From the human T2T-CHM13v2.0 reference genome, Homo sapiens, in the NCBI GenBank assembly GCA_009914755.4, contig CP068257.2:1152001-1216000 (forward strand): a stretch of DNA of 64,000 nucleotides, given 5' to 3'. The notes under the pieces are model-generated. The model saw only the letters and a program-made list of their open reading frames with translations. It ran no database searches and was not told where the DNA came from. Positions 1 through 13,100 of this stretch are shown in pieces. The position numbers and the translations under genes are program-made. Position 1 is the first letter of the stretch. Every line of letters begins with the position of its first letter.

Positions 1-3000
1 GAATGAAATGGGAATGAAATGGATTGGATCGGAATATAATCCAATGGAATAAACTGGAATGGAATGGAATGGAATGAAATAAAATGGATTGGATTGGAAT
101 GGAATCCAATAGAATCAACTGGAACGGAATGGAATGGAATATTTCCGGGTGGAGTGGAATGGAATATAATGGAGTGGAATGGAATGGAAATTAGTGGAAT
201 GGAACGGAATGGAATGGAAAGGAATGTAATGTAATGTAATGTAATGTAATGGAATAGAATGGAATGGAAACAACCCGAATGGGATGGCATGGAATAGAAT
301 TGAATGCAATGGAATGGAATGGAATGGAATGGAATGGAATGCAATGGAATCCAGCCGATTGGAATGGAATGGAATGGAATGGAATGGAATGGAATGGAGT
401 GGAATGGAATAAACAGCAGAGGAATGAAATGGATTGGAATGAAATGGAATGGAATGGAATGGAATGAAATCAACCCGAGGGGAATGGAACGGAATGGAAT
501 GGAATGGAAAGGAATGAATGGAAGGGAATGGTGTGGAATCAACACGAGAGGAATGGAATGGAATGGAATGGAACGGAACGGAATGGAAAGGAATGGAATG
601 GAATGAACCCGAATGGAATGGAATGGATTGGAATGGAATGGAATAGAATCAACCTGAGAGGAAAGGAATGGAATGGAATGGAGAGGAATGGAATGTAATG
701 GAATGGAATGCAATGGAATGGAATCAACACGAATGGAATGGAACGGAATGGAATGGGATGGGATGGAATGGAATGGAATGGAAGTTAATCAACACGAATG
801 GAATGGAACGGAATGGAATGGAACGGAATGGAATGGAATGGAATGGAATGGAAAGGAACAGAATGGAATCAACAGGAGTGGAATGGAATGGAACGGAATG
901 GAATCAATCCGAGTGGAATGAAATGGAATGTAATGCAATGAGATGGAGTGGAATCAACCTGAGTGGAATGGAATCGAATGGATTGGAATGGAATGGAATG
1001 GAATGAAATGGAATGGAATAAATCCGGGTGGAGAGGAATGGAATGTAATGGAGTGCAATGTTACGGAATTTAGTGGAATGGAATGGAATGGAATGGAATG
1101 GAATGGAATGGAATGGAATGGAATCGAATGGAATGAAATGGATTGGATCGGAATGGAATCCAATGGAATCAACTGGAATGGAATGGAATGGAATAAATCC
1201 GGGTGGAGTGGAATGGAATGTAATGGAGTGGAATGGAATGGAATTTAGTGGAATGGAATGGAATGGAATGGAATGGAATGGAATGGAATGGAATGAAATG
1301 GAATGGAATCAACCCGAATGGAATGGAATGGAATGGAATGGAAAGGGATGGAATGGAATGGAATGGAATGGAATAGAATGGAATGGAATGGAATGGAATG
1401 GAATGGAATCAACCCAAGTGCAATGGAATGCAATGGAATGCAATGGAATCCACCCGAGTGGAATGGAATGGAATGGAATGGAATATAATGCAATGGAATG
1501 GAATGGAATGGAATGGAATGGAATGGAGTGGAATGGAACTGAATGGAGTGGAATGGAATAAACACCAGGAGAATGAAATGGATTGGAATGAAATGGAATG
1601 GAATGGAATGGAATGGAATGGAATGGAATGAAATCAACCCGAGTGGAATGGAACGGAATGGAATGGAATGGAAAGGAATGAATGGAAGGGAATGGTGTGG
1701 AAACAACACGAGAGGAATGGAATGGAATGGAATGGAAAGAAACGGAATGGAAAGGAATGGAATGGAATGAACCCGAATGGAATGGAATGGATTGGATTGG
1801 AATGGAATGGAATCAACCCGAGCATAAAGGAATGGAACGGAATGGAGTGGAATGGAATGGAATGGAATGGAATGGAATGGAATGGAATGGAATCAACACG
1901 AATGGAATGGAGCGGAATGAAATGGGATGGGATGGAATGGAATGGAATGGAATCAACATGAATGGAATGGAACGTAATGGAAAGGAATGGAATGGAAAAT
2001 AATGGAATGGAATGAACCCGAATGGAATGGAATGCATTGGAATGGAATGGAATGGAATCAACCCGAGCGGAAAGGAATGGAATGGCATGGTGTGGAATGG
2101 AATGTAATGGAATGGAATGGAATGGAATCAACACGAATGGAATGGAACGGAATGGAATGGGATGGGATGGAATGGAATGGAAGGGAAGTTAATCAACACG
2201 AATGGAATGCAACGGAATGGAATGGAATGGAATGGAGTGGAATGAACCCGAATGGAATGGAATGGATTGGAATGGAATGGAATTGAATCAACCCTAGTGG
2301 AAAGGAATGGAATGGAATGGAGTGGAATGTAATGTAATGTAATGGAATGGAATGGAATGGAATCAACACGAATGGAATAGAACGGAATGGAATGGGATGG
2401 GATGGAATGGAATGGAATGGAAGTTAATCAACATGAATGGAATGGAATGTAATGGAATGGAACGGAACGGAATGGAATGGAATGCAATGGAATGGAATGA
2501 AATGGAAAGGAACGGAATGGAATCAACACGAGTGGAATGGAATGGATAGGAATGGAATCAACCCGAGTGAAATGAAATGGAATGTAATGCAATGGGATGG
2601 AGTGGAATCAACCCGAGTGGAATGGAATGGAATGGAATGGAATGGAACGAAATGGAATGGATCGGAATGTAATCCAATGGAATCAACTGGAATGGAATGG
2701 AATGGAATGGAATGGAATAAACCCGGGTGGAGTGGAATGGAATGTAACGGAGTGGAATGTAATGGAATTTAGTGGAATGGAATGGAATGGAATGGAATGA
2801 AATGGATTGGATCGGAATGGAATCCAAAGGAATCAACTGGAATGGAATGGAATGGAATGGAATAAATCCGGGTGGAGTGGAATGGAAAGTAATGGAGTGG
2901 AATGGAATGGATTTTACTGGATGGAATGGAATGGAATGGAATGCAACGGAATGGAATGGAATGGAATGGAATGGAATGGAAAGGAATGGAATCAACCCGA

Positions 3001-4300
3001 ATGGAATGGAACGGAAAGGAATGGAATGGAATGGAATGGAATGGAATGGAATGGAATGGAAAGGAATGGAATGGAATGGAATGGAATCAACCCGAATGGG
3101 ATGGTATGGAATGGAACTGAATGGAATAGAATGGAATGGAATGGAATGGAATGGAATCAACCCAAGTGCAATGGAATGGTTTGGAATGCAATGGAATCCA
3201 CCTGAGTGGAATGGAATGGAATGGAATGGAATGGAATGGAATGGAATGGAGTGGAATGGAACGGAATGGAGTGGAATGCAAGAAACACCAGGGGAATAAA
3301 ATGAATTGGAATGAAATGGAATGGAATGGAATGGAATGGAATGGAATGGAATGAAATCAACCCAAGTGGAATGGAACGGAAAGGAATGGAATGGAAAGGA
3401 ATGAATGGTAAGGAATTGTGTGGAATCAACCCGAGAGGAATGGAATGGAATGGAATGGAATGGAACGGAACGGAATGGAAAGGAATGGAATGGAATGAAC
3501 CCGAATGGAATGGAATGGATTAGAATGGAATGGAATGGAATCAACCCGAGCGGAAAGGAATGGAATGGAATGGAGTGGAATGTAATGTAATGGAATGGAA
3601 TGGAATGGAATGGAATGGAATCAACACAAATGGAATGGAACGGAATGGAATGGGATGGGATGGAATGGTATGGAATGGAAGTTAATCAACACGAATGGAA
3701 TGGAACGGAATGGAATGGAATGGAATGGAAAGGAATGGAATGGAATGGAATGGAATGGAATGGAATGGAATGGAATGGAATGAAATGGAATGGATTGGAA
3801 TGGAATACAATGGAATCAACTGGAATGGAATGGAATGGAATGGAATGGAATGGAATGGAATGAAATGGAATGGATCAGAATGGAATCCAATGGAATCAAC
3901 TGGAATGGAATGGAATGGAATGGACTGCAATTGAATGGAATAAATCTGGGTGCATTGGAATGGAATGTAACGGAGTGGAATGTAATGGAATTTAGTGGAA
4001 TGGAATGGAATGGAATGGAATGGAATGGAATGGAATGGAATGGATTGGATCGGATTGGAATCCAATGGAAGCAACTGGAATGGAATGGAATGGAATGGAA
4101 TTGTATAAATCCGGGTGGAGATGACTGTAATGTAATGCAGGGGAATGGAATGGAATTCAGTGGAATGGAATGGATTGGAATGGATTGGAATGGAATGGAA
4201 TGGAATGGAATGGAATGGAATGGAATGGAATGAAAGGGATAGGATCGGAATGGAATCCAATGGAATCAACTGGAATGGAATGGAATGGAATAAATCCGGG
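1..4300 (+). repeat. Block A of a multi-kb block family (three collinear copies, A, B and C, starting at 1, 7011 and 23531)
   Basis: Positions 1-60 are identical to 7011-7070. The collinear match continues with a drifting offset of 7010, then 7060, 7140 and 7180. ORF pairs are 539..730 versus 7599..7790, 668..1006 versus 7683..8066, 1058.. versus 8198.. and 2437.. versus 9617... The rare marker gagcataaagg sits at 1816, 8956 and 25656. Confidence 0.75.
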
Positions 4301-7010
4301 TGGAGTGGAATGGAATGTAATGGAGTGGAATGGAATGCAATTTAGTGGAATGGAATGGAAAGGAATAGAATGGAATGGAATGGAAAGGAATGGAATGGAA
4401 TCAACCCGAATGGGATGGCATGGAATGGAATTCAATGGAATGGAATGGAATGGACGGTAATGGAATGGAACGGAATGGAATCAACCAAAGTGCAATGGAA
4501 TGGAATGGAATGCAATGGAATCCACCCAAGTGGAATGGAATGGAATGGAATGGAACGGAATGGAATGGAATGGAGTGGAATGGGACGGAATGGAGTGGAA
4601 TTGAATAAACACCAGGGGTATGAAATGGATTGGAAAGAAATGGAATGGAATGGAATGGAATGAAATCAACCCGAGTGGAATGCAACGGAATGGAATGGAA
4701 TGGAAAGGAATGAATGGAATGGAATGGTGTGGAATCAACACGAGAGGAATGGAATGGAATGGAATGGAATGGAATGGAATGGAACGGAACGGAATGGAAA
4801 GGAATGGAATGGAATGAACCCGAATGGAATGGAATGCATTGGAATGGAATGGAATGGAATCAACCCGAGCGGAAAGGAATGGAATGGAATGGAGTGGAAT
4901 GTAATGTAATGGAATGGAATGGAATGGAATGGAATGGAATCAACACAAATGGAATGGAACGGAATGGAATGGGTTAGGATGGAATGGTATGGAATGGAAG
5001 TTAATCAACACGAAGGGAATGGAACGTAATGGAATGGAATGGAATGGAAAGGAATGGAATGGAATTGAATGGAATGAAATGGAAAGGAACGGAATGGAAT
5101 CAACACGAGTGGAATGGAATGGAACGGAATGGAATCAACCCCACTGGAATGAACTGGAATGTAATGCAATGGGATGGAGTGGAATCAACCCGAGTGGAAT
5201 GGAATGGAATGGAAAGGAATGGAATGGAATGAAATGGAATGGATCGGAATGGAATCCAATGGAATCAACTGGAATGGAATGGAATGGAATGGAATGGAAT
5301 GGAATGCAATGGAATGGAATAAATCTGGGTGGAGTGGAATGGAATGAAACGGAGTGGAATGTAATGGAATTTAGTGGAATGGAATGGAATGGAATGGAAT
5401 GGAATGAAATGGATTGGATCGGAATGGAATCCAATGGAATCAACTGGAAAGAAATGGAATGGAATGGAATGGAATAAATCTGGGTGGAGTGGAATGGAAT
5501 GTAATGGAGTGGAATGGAATGGAATTTAGTGGAATGGAATGGAATAGAATGGAATGGAATGGAATGAAATGGATTGGATCGGAATGGAATCCAATGGAAT
5601 CAACTGGAATGGAATGGAATGGAATAAATCCGGGTGGAGTGGAATGGAACGGAATTTAGTGGAATGGAATGGAAAGGAATGGAATGAAATGGAATGGAAT
5701 GGAATGGAATGGAATCAACCCGAGTGGGATGGCATGCAATGGAATTGAATGGAAGGGAATGGAATGGACTGTAATGGAATGGAATGGAAGGGAATCAAAC
5801 CAAGTGCAATGGAATGGAATGGAATGCAATAGAATCCACCCGAGTGGAATGGAATGGAATGGAATGGAATGGAATGAATGTAATGGAATGGGGTGGAATC
5901 AACACGAGAGGAATGGAATGGAATGGAATGGAAAGGAACGGAATGGAAAGGAATGGAATGGAATGATCCCGAATGGAATGGAATGGATTGGAATGGCATG
6001 GAATGGAATCATCCCGAGCGGAAAGGAACGGAATGGAATGGAGTGGAATGGAATGGAATGGAATGGAATGGAATGGAATGGAATCAACACGAATGGAATG
6101 GAACGGAATGGAATGGAATGGGATGGGATGGAATGGAATGGAAGTTAATCAACACGAATGGAATGGAAAGGAATGGAATGGAATGGAATGGAATGGAATG
6201 GAATGGAATGAACCCGAATGCAATGGAATGGATTGGAATTAAACGGAATGGAATCAACCCGAGCGGAAAGGAATGGAATGGAATGGAATGGAATGGAATG
6301 AAAAGGTTTGGATCGGAATGGAATCCAATGGAATGTAATGGAATGGAATGGAATAAATCCGGGTGGAGTGGAATGGAATGCAATGGAGTGGAATGTAACG
6401 GAATTTAGTGGAATGGAATGGAATGGAATGAAATGGATTCGATCGGAATGGAATCCAATGGAATCAACTGGAATGGAATGGAATGGAATGGAATGGAATA
6501 AATCCGGGTGGAGTGGAATGGAATGTAATGGAGTGGAATGGAATGGAATTTAATGGAATGGAATGGAATGGAATGGAATGGAATGGAATGGAATGAAATG
6601 GATTGGATCAGAATATAATCCAATGGGTTAAACTGGAATGGAATGGAATGGAATGGAATGGAATGGAATGGAATGGAATGCAGTGGATCGGAATGGAATC
6701 AAATGGAATCAACTGGAATGGAATGGAATGGAATGGAATGGAATGGAATAAATCCGGGTGGAGTGGAATGGAATGTAATGGAGTGGAATGTAACGGAATT
6801 TAGTGGAATGGAATGGAATAGAATGCAATGGAATGGAATGAAATGGATTGGATCGGAATGGAATCCAATGGAATCAACTGGAATGCAATGGAATGGAATG
6901 GAATGGAATGGAATGGAATGGAATGGAATAAATCCGGGTGGAGTGGAATGTAATATAATGCAGTGGAATGTAATGGAATTTAGTGGAATGGAATGGAATG
7001 GAATGGAATG

Positions 7011-10000
7011 GAATGAAATGGGAATGAAATGGATTGGATCGGAATATAATCCAATGGAATAAACTGGAATGGAATGGAATGGAATGAAATAAAATGGATT
7101 GGATTGGAATGGAATCCAATGGAATCAACTGGAATGGAATGGAATGGAATGGAATGGAATACTTCCGGGTGGAGTGGAATGGAATGTAATGGAGTGGAAT
7201 GGAATGGAATTTAGTGGAATGGAATGGAATGGAATGGAATTAAACCGAGTGGAATGGAACGGAATGGAATGGAAAGGAATGGAATGGAATGGAATGGAAT
7301 GGAATGGAATGGAATGGAATCAACCCAAATGGGATGGCATGGAATGGAATTGAATGCAATGCAATGGAATGGAATGGAATGGAATGCAATGGAATCCACC
7401 CGATTGGAATGGAATGGAATGGAATGGAATGGAATGGAATGGAATGGAGTGGAATGGAATAAACAGCAGAGGAATGAAATGGATTGGAATGAAATGGAAT
7501 GGAATGGAATGGAATGGAATGGAATGAAATCAACCCGAGTGGAATGGAACGGAATGGAATGGAATGGAAAAGAATGAATGGAAGGGAATGGTGTGGAATC
7601 AACACGAGAGGAATGGAATGGAATGGAATGGAACGGAACGGAATGGAAAGGAATGGAATGGAATGAACCCGAATAGAATGGAATGGATTGGAATGGAATG
7701 GAATTGAATCAACCTGAGAGGAAAGGAATGGAATGGAATGGAGAGGAATGGAATGTAATGGATTGGAATGCAATGGAATGGAATCAACACGAATGGAATG
7801 GAACGGAATGGAATGGGATGGGATGGAATGGAATGGAGTGGAAGTTAATCAACACGAATGGAATGGAACGGAATGGAATGGAATGGAATGGAATGGAATG
7901 GAATGAAAGGGAAAGGAACAGAATGGAATCAACAGGAGTGGAATGGAATGGAACAGAATGGAATCAACCCGAGTGGAATGAAATGGAATGTAATGCAATG
8001 AGATGGAGTGGAATCAACCCGAGTGGAATGGAATCGAATGGATTGGAATGGAATGGAATGGAATGAAATGGAATGGATCGGAATGGAATCCAATGGAATC
8101 ACCTGGAATGGAATGGAATGGAATGGAATGGAATGGAATGGAATGGAATGGAATGGAATAAATCCGGGTGGAGTGGAATGGAATGTAATGGAGTGCAATG
8201 TTACGGAATTTAGTGGAATGGAATGGAATGGAATGGAATGGAATGGAATGGAATGGAATGGAATCTAATGGAATGAAATGGATTGGATCGGAATGGAATC
8301 CAATGGAATCAACTGGAATGGAATGGAATGGAATAAATCCGGTTGGAGTGGAATGGAATGTAATGGAGTGGAATGGAATGGAATTTAGTGTAATGGAATG
8401 GAATGGAATGGAATGGAATGGAATGGAATGGAATGGAATGGAATGAAATGGAATGGAATCAACCCGAATGGAATGGAACGGAATGGAATGGAAAGGAATG
8501 GAATGGAATGGAATGGAATGGAATAGAATGGAATGGAATGGAATGGAATGGAATCAACCCAAGTGCAATGGAATGCAATAGAATGCAATGGAATCCACCC
8601 GAGTGGAATGGAATGGAATGGAATGGAATATAATGCAATGGAATAGAATGGAATGGAATGGAATGGAATGGAATGGAGTGGAATGGAACTGAATGGAGTG
8701 GAATGGAATAAACACCAGGAGAATGAAATGGATTGGAATGAAATGGAATGGAATGGAATGGAATGGAATGAAATCAACCCGAGTGGAATGGAACGGAATG
8801 GAATGGAATGGAAAGGAATGAATGGAAGGGAATGGTTTGGAAACAACACGAGAGGAATGGAATGGAATGGAATGGAAAGGAACAGAATGGAAAGGAATGG
8901 AATGGAATGAACCCGAATGGAATGGAATGGATTGGAATGGAATGGAATGGAATCGACCCGAGCATAAAGGAATGGAACGGAATGGAGTGGAATGGAATGG
9001 AATGGAATGGAATGGAATGGAATGGAATGGAATGGAATCAACACGAATGGAATGGAGCGGAATGAAATGGGATGGGATGGAATGGAATGGAATGGAATGG
9101 AATGGAATGGAATGGAATCAACATGAATGGAATGGAACGTAATGGAATGGAATGGAATGGAAAATAATGGAATGGAATGAACCCGAATGGAATGGAATGG
9201 ATTGGAATGGAATGGAATGGAATGGAATCAACCCGAGCGGAAAGGAATGGAATGGCATGGAGTGGAATGGAATGTAATGTAATGGAATGGAATGGAATGG
9301 AATCAACACGAATGGAATGGAACGGAATGGAATGGGATGGGATGTAATGGAATGGAATGGAAGTTAATCAACACGAATGGAATGCAACGGAATGGAATGG
9401 AATGGAATGGAGTGGAATGAACCCGAATGGAATGGAATGGATTGGAATGGAATGGAATTGAATCAACCCTAATGGAAAGGAATGGAATGGAATGGAGTGG
9501 AATGTAATGTAATGTAATGTAATGGAATGGAATGGAATGGAATCAACACGAATGGAATGGAACGGAATGGAATGGGATGGGATGGAATGGAATGGAATGG
9601 AAGTTAATCAACATGAATGGAATGGAATGTAATGGAATGGAACGGAACGGAATGGAATGGAATGGAATGGAATGGAATGAAATGGAAAGGAACGGAATGG
9701 AATCAACATGAGTGGAATGGAATGGATAGGAATGGAATCAACCCGAGTGGAATGAAATGGAATGTAATGCAATGGGATGGAGTGGAATCAACCCGAGTGG
9801 AATGGAATGGAATGGAATGGAACGAAATGGAATGGATCGGAATGTAATCCAATGGAATCAACTGGAATGGAATGGAATGGAATGGAATGGAATAAACCCG
9901 GGTGGAGTGGAATGGAATGTAACGGAGTGGAATGTAATGGAATTTAGTGGAATGGAATGGAATGGAATGGAATGAAATGGATTGGATCGGAATGGAATCC

Positions 10001-10100
10001 AATGGAATCAACTGGAATGGAATGGAATGGAATGGAATAAATCCGGGTGGAGTGGAATGGAATGTAATGGAGTGGAATGGAATGGATTTTACTGGAATGG
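7011..10100 (+). repeat. Block B, collinear with A at about 93-98% identity with 10-80 bp indels; beyond about 10.1 kb the order of A-like segments is permuted
   Basis: Evidence as for block A. After 9947..10120 (matching A near 2772) the sequence jumps to match A near 4120, an apparent deletion of about 1 kb. Then 11.7-13.1 kb matches A 2.8-4.25 kb at an offset of about 8.9 kb. Confidence 0.7.
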
Positions 10101-13100
10101 AATGGAATGGAATGGAATGCAATGGAATGGAATGGAATGGAATGGAATGGAATGGAATGGAATGGAATCAACCCGAATGGAATGGAACGGAAAGGAATGG
10201 AAAGGAATGGAATGGAATGGAATGGAATGGAATGGAATGGAATGGTATAAATCCAGGTGGAGTTGACTGTAATGTAATGCCGTGGAATGGAATGGAATTC
10301 AGTGGAATGGAATGGATTGGAATGGATTGGAATGTAATGTAATGGAATGGAATGGAATGGAATGGAATGGAATGGAATGAAAGGGATAGGATCGGAATGG
10401 AATCCAATGGAATCAACTGGAATGGAATGGAATTGAATAAATCCGGGTGGAGTGGAATGGAATGTAGTGGAGTGGAATGGAATGGAATTTAGTGGAATGG
10501 AATGGAAAGGAATGGAATGGAATGGAATGGAATGGAATGGAATGGAATGGAATGGAATCAGCCCGAATGGGATGGCATGGAATGGAATTCAATGGAATGG
10601 AATGGAATGGAATCAACCCAAGTGCAATGGAATGGAATGGAATGCAATGGAATCCACCCAAGTGGAATGGAATGGAATGGAATGGAACGGAATGGAATGG
10701 AATGGAGTGGAATGGGACGGAATGGAGTGGAATTGAATAAACACAAGGGGAATGAAATGGATTGGAAAGAAATGGAATGGAATGGAATGGAATGAAATCA
10801 ACCCGAGTGGAATGTAACGGAATGGAATGGAATGGAAAGGAATGAATGTAATGGAATGGGGTGGAATCAACACGAGAGGAATGGAATGGAATGGAACGGA
10901 ATGGAATGGAATAAATCCGGGTGGAGTGCAATGGAATGTAATGGAGTGGAATGGAAAGGAATTTAGTGGAATGGAATGGAATGGAATGGAATGGAATGGA
11001 ACGGAATCAACCTGAATGGGTTGGCATGGAATGGAATGGAATGGAGTGGAATGTAATGTAATGTAATGGAATGGAATGGAATGGAATCAACACGAATGGA
11101 ATGGAACGGAATGGAATGGGATGGGATGGAATGGAATGTAATGGAAGTTAATCAAGACGAATGGAATGCAACGGAATGGAATGGAACGGAATGGAATGGA
11201 ATGGAATGAACCCGAATGGAATGGAATGGATTGGAATGGAATGGAATGGAATCAACCCGAGCGGAAAGGAATGGAATGGAATGGAGTGGAATGTAATGTA
11301 ATGGAATAGAATTGAATGGAATGGAATCAACAGGAATGGTATGGAACGGAATGGAATGGGATGAGATGGAATGGATGTTAATCAACACGAATGGAATGGA
11401 ACGGAATGGAATGGAATGGAATGGAATGGAATGGAATGGAATGGAATGAAATGGAATGGATCGGAATGGAATACAATGGAATCAACTGGAATGTAATGTA
11501 ATGGAATGGAATGGAAAGGAATAAATCCGGGTGGAGTGGAATGGAATGTAACGGAGTGGAATGTAAAGGAATTTAGAGGAATGGAATGGAATGGAATGGA
11601 ATGGAATGAAATGGGTTGGATAGGAATGGAATTCAATGGAATCAACTGGAATAGAATGGAATGGAATAGAATGGAATAAATCCGGGTGGAGTGGAATGGA
11701 ATGTAATGGAGTGGAATGGAATGGAATTTAGTGGAATGGAAAGTAATGTACTGGAATATAATGGAATGGAATGGAATCAACCCGAGTGGAAAGGAACGGA
11801 ATGGAATGGAAAGGAATGGAATGGAATGGAATGGAATGGAATGGAATGGAATGGAATCAACCCGAATGGAATGGAACGGAAAGGAATGGAAAGGAATGGA
11901 ATGGAATGGAATGGAATGGAATGGAATGGAATGGAAAGGAATGGAATGGAATGGAATGCAATCAACCCGAATGGGATGGCATGGAATGGAACTGAATGGA
12001 ATAGAATGGAATGGAATGGAATGGAATGGAATGGAATCAACCCAAGTGCAATGGAATGGAATGGAATGCAATGGAATCCACCTGAGTGGAATGGAATGGA
12101 ATGGAATGGAATGGAATGGAATGGAGTGGAATGGAACGGAATGGAGTGGAATGCAAGAAACACCAGGGGAATAAAATGGATTGGAATGAAATGGAATGGA
12201 ATGGAATGGAATGGAATAAAATCAACCCAAGTGGAATGGAACGGAATGGAATGGAATGGAAAGGAATGAATGGTATGGAATGGTGTGGAATCAACACGAG
12301 AGGAATGGAATGGAATGGAATGGAACGGAACGGAATGGAAAGGAATGGAATGGAATGAACCCTAATGGATTGGAATGGATTGGAATGGAATGGAATGGAA
12401 TCAACCCGAGCGGAAAGGAATGGAATGGAATGGAGTGGAATGTAATGGAATGGAATGGAATGGAATGGAATGGAATCAACACAAATGGAATGGTACGGAA
12501 TGGAATGGGATGGGATGGAATGGTATGGAATGGAAGTTAATCAACAAGAATGGAATGGAACGGAATGGAATGGAATGGAATGGAAACGAATGCAATGCAA
12601 TGGAATGCAATGGAATGGAATGGAATGGAATGGAATGAAATGGAATGGAATGGAATGGAATCAAAACGAATGGAATGGACTGCAATTGAATGGAATAAAT
12701 CTGGGTGCATTGGAATGGAATGTAACGGAGTGGAATGTAATGGAATTCAGTGGAATGGCATGGAATGGAATGGAATGGAATGGAATGGAATGGATTGGAT
12801 CGGATTGGAATCCAATGGAAGCAACTGGAATGGAATGGAATGGAATGGAATGGTATAAATCCGGGTGGAGTAGACTGTAATGTAATGGAGTGGAATGGAG
12901 TGGAATTCAGTGGAATGGAATAGATTGGAATGGATTGGAATATAATGGAATGGAATGGAATGGAATGGAATGCAATGAAAGGGATTGGATCGGAATGGAA
13001 TCCAATGGAATCAACTGGAATGGAATGGAATGGAATACATCCGGGTGGAGTGGAATGGAATGTAATGGAGTGGAATGGAATGGAATTTAGTGGAATGGAA

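Noticed and set aside
6601-7010. Apparent 410-bp duplication of the block-A/B head (ggaatataatccaatgg at 6623 and 7043)
   Set aside because: It is real at the level of the 17-mer, but the flanks are only loosely similar (gattggatcagaatataatccaatgggttaaactgg versus gattggatcggaatataatccaatggaataaactgg). I treat it as part of the general mosaic rather than a discrete feature.
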